A DNA stretch of 64,000 bases from Antedon mediterranea (Eukaryota > Animalia > Echinodermata), in NCBI RefSeq assembly GCF_964355755.1, contig NC_092672.1, positions 10,540,001-10,604,000 of the forward strand, written 5' to 3'. The notes under the pieces are model-generated. The model saw only the letters and a list, made by a program, of their open reading frames with translations. It was not told the origin of the DNA and did not search any database. Position numbers and translations under genes: made by a program. Shown here piece after piece: positions 53,901 through 64,000 of this stretch (position 1 is its first letter; the number at the start of each line of letters is the position of its first letter).

Positions 53901-56900
53901 AATGGTTAATTCATTTAAAAAAATGCATTATGTAATTATATAACATTTTAATAATAGTTTATAGATTAAAAATTAAACTAATTATCTTTGCCACATAATC
54001 AAAATGAGCCTGTTTTTGCAAGAACTAATACAGTGTGCTCCACCATTTAACTCTAGTAAAGTTGTCCCTCAAAAACATTAAAAATGAAGATTAATAATAT
54101 CAGACTTTATAATATACCATTTTGCAGTTCTAATAAAGTTATGCCTAATCACTTCCACAGAAAAGGGGATAAAGATTGTCAAAACGACAATTTTACTTTT
54201 TTCCATTTAAATTACAGTTTTTCAGGTAACTTTTTTTAAAGATCCAATTTGTGGTCAAAGTGAATAACTATTATGATTTAAAAATGAACTAGTTTATTAA
54301 AAAAAATTGTTCCTGCAGGGAGACCATAATCTTTAATTAATGTATTTTTTCTGAACAGATATTTACAGAACAACCAAATAAACATCATAGCTCAGAGAGC
54401 ATTTGAGCCGTTTGCTGCATCGCTTACAGATTTGTAAGTATGTCCATACACACTAAAAAAAAAAGGTGCAAATCTCTACCTAAAAAGGTGCAAACCGATG
54501 CAACAATAGCAGCTCCCTTTAAGGTGCACAACTGCACCTTTGACGGAAGGTGCAATTTTGAACCCTGATAAAGGGTGCTATAATGCTCCTTTGGAGTTCA
54601 CATTTGCACCATATAAGGTGTAATTTTCTACCCTAAAAGGTGCAAACTAAATGCAACAATAGCAGCTCCCCAAAGGAGCAAAATTCAACCTCTAAATAAA
54701 GGTGCAACTTTACACCCTAATAAAAGGTTCAATAATGCTCCTCTAAGATTCCAATTTCTGTTAAAAAGGTGCACAAATAAAAATCACTAAAATACAAAAA
54801 ATATTGATTAAGCTTTGTATAATTTTATTCAACTTTAAAACATTACATTATTCAATTCAACTGCTGAATTAATGGATGGCAATTACCAGTCTCTGCACCT
54901 TAAATAGAGTGTGGCCATCTCTTCTCAAACCAACAATAGGCCTATTGTTAAAATTATCTAATGATGACATCTTTGGCAGTATTCTCTTCGTATCCCCATA
55001 TATCTGAAACAGTGTTCTTGATGTCTGGTTCACCTTTTCCGAACATTTTCACCTGATTATGTACTTTCCTAAAAAGCATGAAATAGGAAGGGAAAATATT
55101 ATATTAATATTATCATTAATATGACAACATCATACAATACATTATTGACATTGTTCTGATTTTTAAAGTAAAATTACCTTGACCACATGCTTCACATACT
55201 TTAAAGTATGTTCCTCTCCCTTTCCTCAGCTCGTAGTATAGTAGGCCCTATTATATACTAGAGTATTAGAGTACATGTGGTCACATTTCTTTCTCCTTTT
55301 CTGAACATCTTTTTTGCTGCTGATTAGAGCAGAGGTGCTCTTTCATGTTTTAAACTTATTTTATCCCTCCATGACATCATGTAGGCTGTAACTATAATTA
55401 AAAATAATGATAATGTGTATAAGAATTTAATATAGGCCTAGGCCTAATAATACCCAGCTACTGTAATAACTAATATTAATAACTAGGCCCCTGGCCTGCC
55501 TAGCTAGGCCTATTATTAATTATAGGCCTAGCCGGCTAGCTAGGCCTAGGACTGCTTTTAATTAAGTTTAAGGTCTAGGCCTACCTAGTAACCTAGGCAT
55601 AGCTAGCCTATTATGCCTAACCTACTAGCTAGACCCAGGTAAGTAGGCTAGCTAGGCCTGGTCTAGGACTAGCCCCCGCCCGAAAGGCTACTGTAGGCTA
55701 AGTAGGCCTCTAGACTGCCTACTTTAGGCTTAACCTAGCCTAGGCCTAGGCCTAATAGAGGCCGCCTAGATAGGCTAGGTAGGAGGCCTCTAGCTAGCCA
55801 TATTTATTTATTTAGCTATCATTTTTAAGTTTTAGGCCTAGCCTAGGCTTATAGGCCTATACAATAATTAATCTAATAAAAACAACCAAACTACATGCCT
55901 ATAAAGCTTCGTTACTTACTTTTAACAGCTATCCTACACCGGAGAGGTGTGGGAGCTAGGCCTAGCCTAGGCCCTAGTTTAATTTTATAGCCTGATTTTT
56001 TGGGCGCAAACTCCTCAATTCAAACTGCATGTTTAACAACCGCACGCGCTTAAAATTATTGTTCAATTCCTGTTTCAAATAAATTTAGAACAGATGCCTA
56101 CATTATGATATTAGATATTCTAATAATATTGTTAAATATGAAAGAAAAGTTTACTTATTCTAGACTTAAGCAAACCAGAGTAAATAACCTCTGAAATTCA
56201 ATATTTTAACAATTGTTTACAGACATCTTGCGTGCGCATACGGTACGAAAATTGTACAAAAATTGTACAAAAAGGTGCTATTATGCACCTTTTAACTGAT
56301 GTTAAACCTTATAGGGTGCCCAGTTGAACCTTTGAATTTATCATGTTAAAGGTATAAAACTTTAATTTTCAGTTACAAGCCAGCGACTTTCTAATGTTCC
56401 GTAAAAAAAAGATTTGTTCGAATTTTGTATTTGTCCCCACAAACCTATCTATATTATTATTAATCTTTCTTATTTTTGTTTTAACTTACCACAATAATGT
56501 CATTCTAAAAAAATTGTCCTTATCATCACCTTTTAAGCTTTTAGAAGCCCTAAGTTAAACATATCAAGAAGCGTTCATTAATCTAATAGGTCTTATTTGT
56601 CACACAGTCACCATGGCCTACTTGGGCCTTTGCGGTGCAGTTCTGCACCTTTTTATACTTGTCTGCATTTTTCGATATAAAAGGTGCAAAAATAAACCTT
56701 TTATGAACTCTGCACCATTTTATGAGAAAAAGGCGCAAATTAGCACCCTTTTATAGGTTTGCACCTTTTATTGCACCTTTAGTTTTAAGTGTGTATAGAC
56801 AGATTTTACGCCTGTATTCAGTATAATGTTAGGGCAATAGGGAACCGTTTGCGCCACAAAACAACGAATGTAAAATGTTGGTAATTGTTTTCAAATCTGG

Positions 56901-59900
56901 AAAGCATGTGAACGGTTCATATGCGTTCGGAAATTTAGTATATTAAATTTTAGTAGATTAATTATAAGTGTTCGTCAAAATCAAACTAGATCATACCATT
57001 AATGAACCGCGTGTATCGACATGAATACGCCGCCGCGGCATTTAAAATCGGAACTATTTAGGAGCTTTCGATTTGCGACGACCAAAGTACGTCATGTTAA
57101 TTCATTGTGCGCATGCGGGAATAGGAAGTGTTACTTGCTCCCCACCTCAACACATTTTGATAGTTTTTAAAGGCTAACTCAGAAAGCGTCATATGACGAG
57201 GCCCGAAGTAAGGTCTTGACTCGTCGGTGCTGTCTGAGTTGAATCCCAACGAGATACAATCGGGCGTAGTTTTTAGGTTAATGGAAGAACTTTATGTTTA
57301 ATTTTCTCCCGACGAGACGACACGTCGGGCATCGTCGTACGATCTGTCTGAGTTAGCCTTAAGCCCTCCAGGTGACGACCGATTGATTGACCACTTGACC
57401 AAGTTAGGTAGGTCATCTGTCGTTGCTGTGAGATTTTTAAAACTAAACAACAGGTGTTTGATTAATTCTAATATTTTACCCATATTCGTTTTTGGCTCTA
57501 TTAAAAAAAAAAAATTAAACCGAGTTTATACGACCATTTATGGAATGGTTTCGTTGCGATCTATGATCGCATCCCAATTATTTCATTATCATCTAGGAAA
57601 TCTAGTTGGTATGCATTTAAAAAATAGTTATATTTCTAATCGTACCCTACAGTATCTTTTATAATAAAAAATAATTTAAAATTATTTTATACTTATCTGT
57701 ACGTATCTTATTTTTTTTATAGACAACTACAAGGCAAAAAAAACACCTTACAAGATTATAGAGACAACACATTTTACGACCTGATAAGCCTACAACGATT
57801 GTACGTAAGACCGTTTGATACTTGGTCAGATGTTTGCCCTTCTCTGACGTAATTGTGCGCTTCTCTGACGTAATTGTGCTATTTAACTTCCCTGACGCTA
57901 CTTTAGTAGTTATTATTATGCGTACATTATTGCATACAGACCCGCTGCTTCATTGGGCCCAAGCTATCATTGCCATCAGCACAAACTCGGTACGAACGCC
58001 AGGCTGTGATAACCGGATAATTTTCGCAAGAATTCTTAAAAATACTTTAAGTATACCGTACAATTGCGCAAAAATATATGGCAACCAACCTGACGCAACA
58101 GAGAGTAATGGTGTTATGATAGAGGAATCGGTCTAGTATCGTCCTTCGGATGAGACGTAAAGCCGTTGTTCCACTGTACATAATACTTCTATCTTTACTT
58201 TTAAGAAATATCATTCAGTTTGAGATAATTCGAACAAGGAAATATAGTATCGTCCCTCGGGTGAGACGTAAAACCGTAATGGTCTCCTTTACATATTATG
58301 CGCGTTAAAGAAATAATAACCTCTACTTTTAAGAAATATTATTATCATTAGTTTGAGATAATTCGAACAAGACAATCTAACAAGAGGATTGGATCCTGTC
58401 TTGTGATTGGCTGCGAACAATTATCCAAACCTTTGTGGAAGCCAATGCCGGCTTCCGTTAGACCACCTCTGGACCTAGTAAAATTGCAGTAATACTGTCA
58501 AGGTCGTAAACATGATCTGTTTGAAAGAGTCCATGATATAACGCCTGCTTACGCAGCGAAGCAAGGATAAATTCGGGACATTTTCCTTGATTGAGAAAGA
58601 CTGTGGCAATTATTTTAGGCCAAATTATTAGATTATATCAATATATATATTTTCACGCTGCTGCTTTAGCCCTCTACGTCCCAAGAGGATGACTCATTTA
58701 GAAGCTAAAAGCAAGCAGCTGTTATAGTACTAGAGGCTGACGTTTTTAGGAATTTGTAAACTAGGACAGGTCATGCTAAAATTACAAACCCCAAAGCACA
58801 TGTGGGAGAAGAGAGTCTATGAAAAAATTTGCTGATAATACAGTATTATATAGATGCATGTAGACAGTAATATGTAAAATCTTGTTCAATAAATAATGAA
58901 TTTTCTGTTAACCTAGGCCAGTATTATAATAATTCACTGTCAAATAATAAAAACATTATTTCTGGTATTTACAGTCCCATTTGACTGAATAGCTTACTAC
59001 TGAAATTCGCTGTCAGATAATCATTGAATTATTATCAAAACAGTCAATAATAGTAAAGTTGTTGTTTGTAATAGGATACAGGTTTGATGAAGTGACCCCC
59101 AGACTTGACCTTAGCAATTTTGTTTTTTATCAAAGTATGAATTCTTGTATTTACTTCAAATACATATATGTGACAATAAAATGACCATTCAAAAACAAAT
59201 TTGAAATAAAAAATAAAATATCTTTAAAACTTTTACGTCAGCAAGCGAGCAGCGTTTTTTGTAAGAAATATTTCTTGTTTAGGTTATAGGCTAGTCAATC
59301 TAGCAAAAAAAAACAGCCCAAAGTGAAACAAATTGCAAACAGAGATTTTTCTTTTTTTAAATAGTCATATATGATGAGGAGATTAAAATTTGAGCATCAC
59401 ACCTCTGTCACTCATCCCGATGATATGCAAATTAGCTTAAATATGCTAATTATGGTGAAATTACAGGGTTACCATATTATCTCAAAAACTAATAGTCCGA
59501 GAGAGTTGATTTTTTCACTGATCTATTCAAAATGTATATATTTATATTTACTATAATGAAACATTTTACGAAAAAATGACCGGAAATACAACATTTGACC
59601 TTCGACCCCATTTCTCAACGTTTGCATATACAATGTGACTAAAATGTCTGTAGAGACTTTATTTTGCCCTCAAATGACCCAGACATAGGTTCCTAATAGC
59701 CAGCATAGGATCACTTTGTAATTCCCAAAATCACACCTTTGTCACACACCTCGAAAGTATGCAAATTAGTAGTACAATTTAAATAAAATATACAAATAAG
59801 GAGAAAAAAATTACAGTTGTCCTTTATCTCGAAAACCACTAATGCTAGAGAGCTGATTTTTTCACAGCCGTATGCAGAATGTACATATTTCTATTTGCTC

Positions 59901-62900
59901 CAATGAAACATTTTACAAAAAATTGACCGGAAGTATGACATTTGACCCTCGACCCCATTTCTCAATATTGCATATATAAATGAAACTAAAAATGTCTGTA
60001 GAGACTTTGTTTTGCCCTCAAATGACTCCGATACAGGTTTCTAATAGCCAACATAGGACTGTTTAGTAGATCTCAAAATCACACCTGTATCACTCACCTC
60101 CAAAGTATGCAAATTATTAGTACAAGTTACATGAAATATGCAAATTAGAGGGTGAAATTAAAGGTTCCTATATATCGAAAACGACTAAGGCTAGAGAGTT
60201 GATTTTTTCAATAACTTGTTCAGAATGTACATATTTATATTTACTCTAATGAAACATTTTACGAAAAAATGACCGGAAATACAACAATTGACCCTCGAGC
60301 CCATTTATCAATGATTGCATACATAATGCGACTAAAATTTCTGTAGAGACTTTGTTTTGGACTCAAATAACTCGGATACATGTTTCCTATAGTCAGCATA
60401 GGACCGCTTTGTAATTGCCAAAATCACGCCTTCGTTTTGGCATGGTTGGAATTCTTTTTTTCGTATTAGTTTATGTACAGCGCTTAGAGGTTTCACAACA
60501 TTAGGCGCTATATAAATCCAGGATATTATTATTATTATTTCTCAATATTTGCATATAATGCAACTAAAATGTATGTACAGACTTTGTTTTGGCCTCAAAT
60601 GACTCGGATACAGGTTTTATATAGCCAGTATAAGTCAAGCACCTCGAAAGTATGCAAATTAGTAGTACAGGCTATATGAAATATGCAAATTACAGTGAAT
60701 TGCCTTATGTATCTCGAAAACGCTAATGACCGAGAGAGAGAGATATGGCAACTTTCTTGTACTACTGATTTGCATACTTTCAAGCGAAGTAACAGAGGTG
60801 TGATTTTGAGAATTACTAAACAGTTCTATGCTGGCTATAGAAAACCTGTATCTGGGTCATTATTGAAAAAAAAAATTATCGAAAGTATGACATTTGACCC
60901 TCGAACCTATTTCTCAATATTTGCATAATTATAATGCAACTAAAATGTATGTACAGACTTTGTTTTGGCCTCAAATGACTTGGATACAGGTTTTATATAG
61001 CCAGTATAGGATCGTTTAGTAATTCCAAAAGTCAAGCAACTCGAAAGTATGCAAATTATTAGTACAAGTTATATGAAATATGCAAATTACAGCCTTATAT
61101 ATCTCGAAAAACGCTAATGACCGATAGAGATATGGCAACTTTCACCTCTTGTACTACGGTACTAATTTGCATATTTTCTAGGGAAGTAACAAAGGTGTGA
61201 TTTTGAGAATTACTAACAGTTCTATGCTGGCTATAGAAAATCTGTATCTGAGTCATTTGAGGCCAGAACAGTGTGTACAGATATTTTAGTTGAATTATAT
61301 GAAAATATTGAGAAATAGGGTCAAGGGTCAAATGTCATAATTCAATCAAGACAATTTTTGCGTAAAATGTTTCATTAGGCCTACAGCGAATATATGTACA
61401 TTCTGAATCAACTCTGAATTCAAATCAACTCTCTAGCATTAATGGTTTTCGAGATATGGGAAGACTGTAATTTCACATCTAATTTGCATATTTCATGTAA
61501 CTTGTACTAATAATTTGCATACTTTCAAGGTATGTGACAAAGATGTGATTTTGGGAATTACAAAGAGGTCCTATGCTGACGATAGGAGAACTGTATCCGA
61601 GTCATTTGTGTCCAAAAAAATTATCTACAGACATTTTAGTCGCATTATGTATGCAAACATTGATAAATAGGGTCAAGGTATAAATATGTACATTCTGAAC
61701 AAGTTTTTGAAAAAATCAACTCTCTACCTTAGCGGTTTTCGATACATATATATAGGAACCTGTAATTTCACCCCCTAATTTGCATATTTCATGTAACTTG
61801 TACTAATAATTTGCATACTTTGAAGGTGAGTGATACAGGTGTGATTTTGAGATTTACTAAACATTCCTATGTTGGCTATTAGAAACCTGTATCCGAGTCA
61901 TTTGAGGGCAAAACAAAGTCTCTACAGACATTTAAGTTTTCATATAATTATATGTAATATTGAGAAATGGGGTTGAGGGTCAAATGTCATAGTTCCGGGC
62001 ATTTTTTTGTAAAATGTCTCATTACAGCAAAAATAAATATATACATTTTAAATATTTTAGTGAAAAAATCAACACTCTAGCATTAGCGGTTTTCGAGATA
62101 TGGCAACGCTGTAATTTCACTCCCTAATTTGCATATTTAATATTACTTGCACTACTAATTTGCATACTTTCGAGGTGCGTGACGAAGTTGTGATTTTAGG
62201 AATTATAATACAGTTCTAAAGTGGGTATTGAAAAACAATATCCAAGTCATTGAGTCCAAAACAAAGTCTCTACAGACATTTAAGTTTTCATATAATTATA
62301 TGTAATATTGAGAAATGGGGTTGAGGGTCAAATGTCATAGTTCCGGGCATTTTTTTGTAAAATGTCTCATTACAGCAAAAATAAATATATACATTTTAAA
62401 TATTTTAGTGAAAAAATCAACACTCTAGCATTAGCGGTTTTCGAGATATGGCAACGCTGTAATTTCACTCCCTAATTTGCATATTTAATATTACTTGCAC
62501 TACTAATTTGCATACTTTCGAGGTGCGTGACGAAGTTGTGATTTTAGGAATTATAATACAGTTCTAAAGTGGGTATTGAAAAACAATATCCAAGTCATTG
62601 AGTCCAAAATAAAGTCTCTACAGACATTTTAATCACATATTTATGTAAATATTGATAAATGGGGTCAAGGGTCAAAATTTGGTACTTCCGGACATTTTTA
62701 TGTAAAATGTCTCATTAGAGAAAATATAAATATATATATTCTGAACCAGACTGTGCAAAAATGAACTCTCTACGATTAGTAGTTTTTAAGATATGGTAAC
62801 CCTGTAATTTCACCATAATTTGCATATTTAAGCTAATTTGCATACCTTCGTGATGAGTGTCAGAGGTGTGATGCTCAAAAAATAATCACCTTATCATATG

Positions 62901-64000
62901 TAACCATTTAAAAAAAAAAATCTCTGTTTGCAATTTGTTTCACTCAAAATGCTAGGTTGACTAGCCTATTAGTGTGTAAATAATACAATGGAAGAATACG
63001 GCCAATAATAAAAAATATAACAGATGTTGGTCCAAAGATTATTTAACTTTCTGTAACGTAGGCCTACGTAAGCCAGGCCCTAGTTAGCATAGTTCTAGCA
63101 GGAACACGTGCGCGCGCCTGGTGCTAGCTCATACAGTAGGCCTAATAGATTTTCTTTCTGTAGAATGGCCATCACGATCGGGTAGTTATTAGCACAGAGT
63201 GGTGTTAGGCAAAAATATAAGTTTTATGCATCGTAAATAAAAAAATGTGCGCGCATGGCATGTTTCGTCGGCGGTGCCCGCCATTTTTTTTTTCTAAAAA
63301 AAGTGCAACCTCTATTTTATGAAGACAGTAATCTTTAAATATTGCGCCTTTTCACTGTGGCCTTTCACACAGAAAACATTACCGTAATATTACCTTCTGT
63401 GTGAATAGGTCTAGAGCGATTTGAAGTGATCATCGAGTACGGCGTTGTTGCCTTGTAGACTTTCATGCTTTTAGCATGATTTTGAGCAGTATGTGGTTCA
63501 AATTTAACACTTATGTTATATTATAATTTATATCGATAAACGCTAATGTAGAACAATTCACCGCTAATGTCGAAACAACCGCATGTAGATTGAACAATCC
63601 ACCGCTTATGTAGTGTATCTTTACTACATTAGCAGTGAATTGTTCTACATTAACTGTTGTTTCGACATTAGCTGGCGTTTTCTACATTAGAGGTTGTAAC
63701 AAGGCCTAAACTGGTGGCAAGGATACAGTGATATTAATGTGTTTGAATAATGTGAATACAATAAAGGAGAAACAATTAACAACATATTAATATAAAGGTA
63801 TATGTCTCTTCTCTCACAGGCATTCTGAATTTTTCAGCATCTGTTGCCTTGTTGGTTATATCGAGACCTGCAAGCCAATTGATACTTTTTCTTCGTGTGC
63901 TGATTTACTAAAAAAAGAAGTTCTCCGGATTTTAATGATGATTATTGGAATATCATCATTAATTGGCAACATCATTGTTATTGTATCACGGAGGGTGAAC
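44941..64000 (+). CDS. Leucine-rich-repeat GPCR of GRL101/RXFP (type C LGR) type, 5' part (continues beyond the window)
   Basis: Signal exon 44941-45010 (MAILKFLLIFVVFPLYCSSA). LRRNT exon 45466-45604 (CPNDCSC). 14 phase-2 LRR exons: 46612-46683, 47923-47994, 48176-48247, 49575-49649, 50157-50225, 50472-50543, 50822-50893, 51207-51278, 52337-52408, 52829-52900, 53475-53546, 53798-53869, 54359-54433, 57723-57800. Exon 63820-64000+ reads HSEFFSICCLVGYIETCKPIDTFSSCADLLKKEVLRILMMIIGISSLIGNIIVIVSRR (hinge + TM1 with GN). Confidence 0.88.
45262..45313 (+). ncRNA. Possible degenerate type I hammerhead ribozyme in LGR intron 1
   Basis: TTTA-CTGATGA-T-GTT...AAC-GAAAC-AAATAA-GTC-TTAAAT: core boxes and GUC triplet are present, stems are weak. 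Confidence 0.4.
46889..47268. mobile_element. MITE with CAG...CTG termini (hAT-like)
   Basis: CAGACCTCCCAAC / GTTGGGAGGTCTG. TSD not cleanly preserved. Confidence 0.6.
47792..47891 (+). mobile_element. Short HINE/DINE-1-like element
   Basis: TTTTTAGTCACGTGC ... (GTCG)n ... GCACGCGACT (subterminal inverted repeat) ... GGCCTTGTT end. Confidence 0.65.
48570..49460. repeat. 16-bp minisatellite (CCGTAAACGRCCACAY)n, ~50 copies
   Basis: Direct tandem units in an LGR intron. They produce the 16-aa-periodic spurious ORFs in three frames. Confidence 0.95.
52465..52607. mobile_element. Internally deleted copy of the GTTCCCACTAG MITE family
   Basis: TTCCCACTAG...CTAGTGGGAACCAAGCT|TAA. Confidence 0.7.
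54449..56793. mobile_element. Non-autonomous EnSpm/CACTA-like element with GGTGCA subterminal repeats
   Basis: TA|CACACTAAAA...AAGGTGCAA at the left end and TTGCACCTTTAGTTTTAAGTGTG|TA at the right. Many AAGGTGCA/TGCACC motifs at both ends. No transposase ORF. Confidence 0.75.
57171..57359. mobile_element. Harbinger-type MITE (TAA TSD)
   Basis: TAA|AGGCTAACTCAGA...TCTGAGTTAGCCT|TAA. Confidence 0.8.
58130..58500 (+). mobile_element. Two tandem SINE central-domain fragments (Meta-domain-like)
   Basis: GTATCGTCCTTCGGATGAGACGTAAAGCCG at 58136 and GTATCGTCCCTCGGGTGAGACGTAAAACCG...GCGCGTTAAAGAA at 58247. Family assignment is from recalled similarity only. Confidence 0.45.
58629..59279 (+). mobile_element. 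HINE element, copy 2
   Basis: Same 5' TTTTCACGCTGCTGCT and 3' AAGCGAGCAGCGTTTTTTGTAAGAAATATTTCTTGTT as 18287-18901. Confidence 0.75.
59287..62968. mobile_element. 3.7-kb foldback non-autonomous element, Academ-like (TAG...CTA ends, 3-bp TSD)
   Basis: TTA|TAGGCTAGTCAA...TTGACTAGCCTA|TTA. The arms are built from ~345-bp subrepeats, forward in the left half and inverted in the right half. No coding capacity. Confidence 0.85.

Noticed and set aside
63540-63701. Inverted CTAATGTAG/CTACATTAG subrepeats
   Set aside because: Probably a MITE remnant, but only one terminus is recognisable, so it was not classified.

Overview
AT-rich, intron-rich metazoan genomic DNA, probably a marine invertebrate; the taxon cannot be fixed from this window. 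Genes reconstructed by hand from splice sites: the last two coding exons of a G-protein beta subunit (GNB1-like, +); a complete 8-coding-exon CARD caspase that is caspase-9-like (-, 462 aa); a complete 14-exon ATAD3 (+, 594 aa) lying head-to-head with the caspase; a possible small single-pass membrane protein gene (-); and the 5' part of a GRL101/RXFP-type (type C LGR) LRR-GPCR (+) with 14 single-repeat phase-2 exons and no visible LDLa module, which runs off the window end. Introns and intergenic DNA are packed with transposons: an intact Tigger/pogo element nested in a Kolobok-like MITE, a GG-ended element carrying LINE fragments, a Helitron, HINEs, EnSpm-like and Academ-like foldback elements, self-nested Harbinger-type MITEs and minisatellites. 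There are also minimal hammerhead ribozymes and a cloverleaf tRNA-like gene with the unusual anticodon ATC. The best candidates for something undescribed are the TA-bracketed hammerhead + inverted repeat + tRNA cassette (43.4-44.06 kb) and the LDLa-less cassette-exon LGR. Neither is proven by sequence alone.
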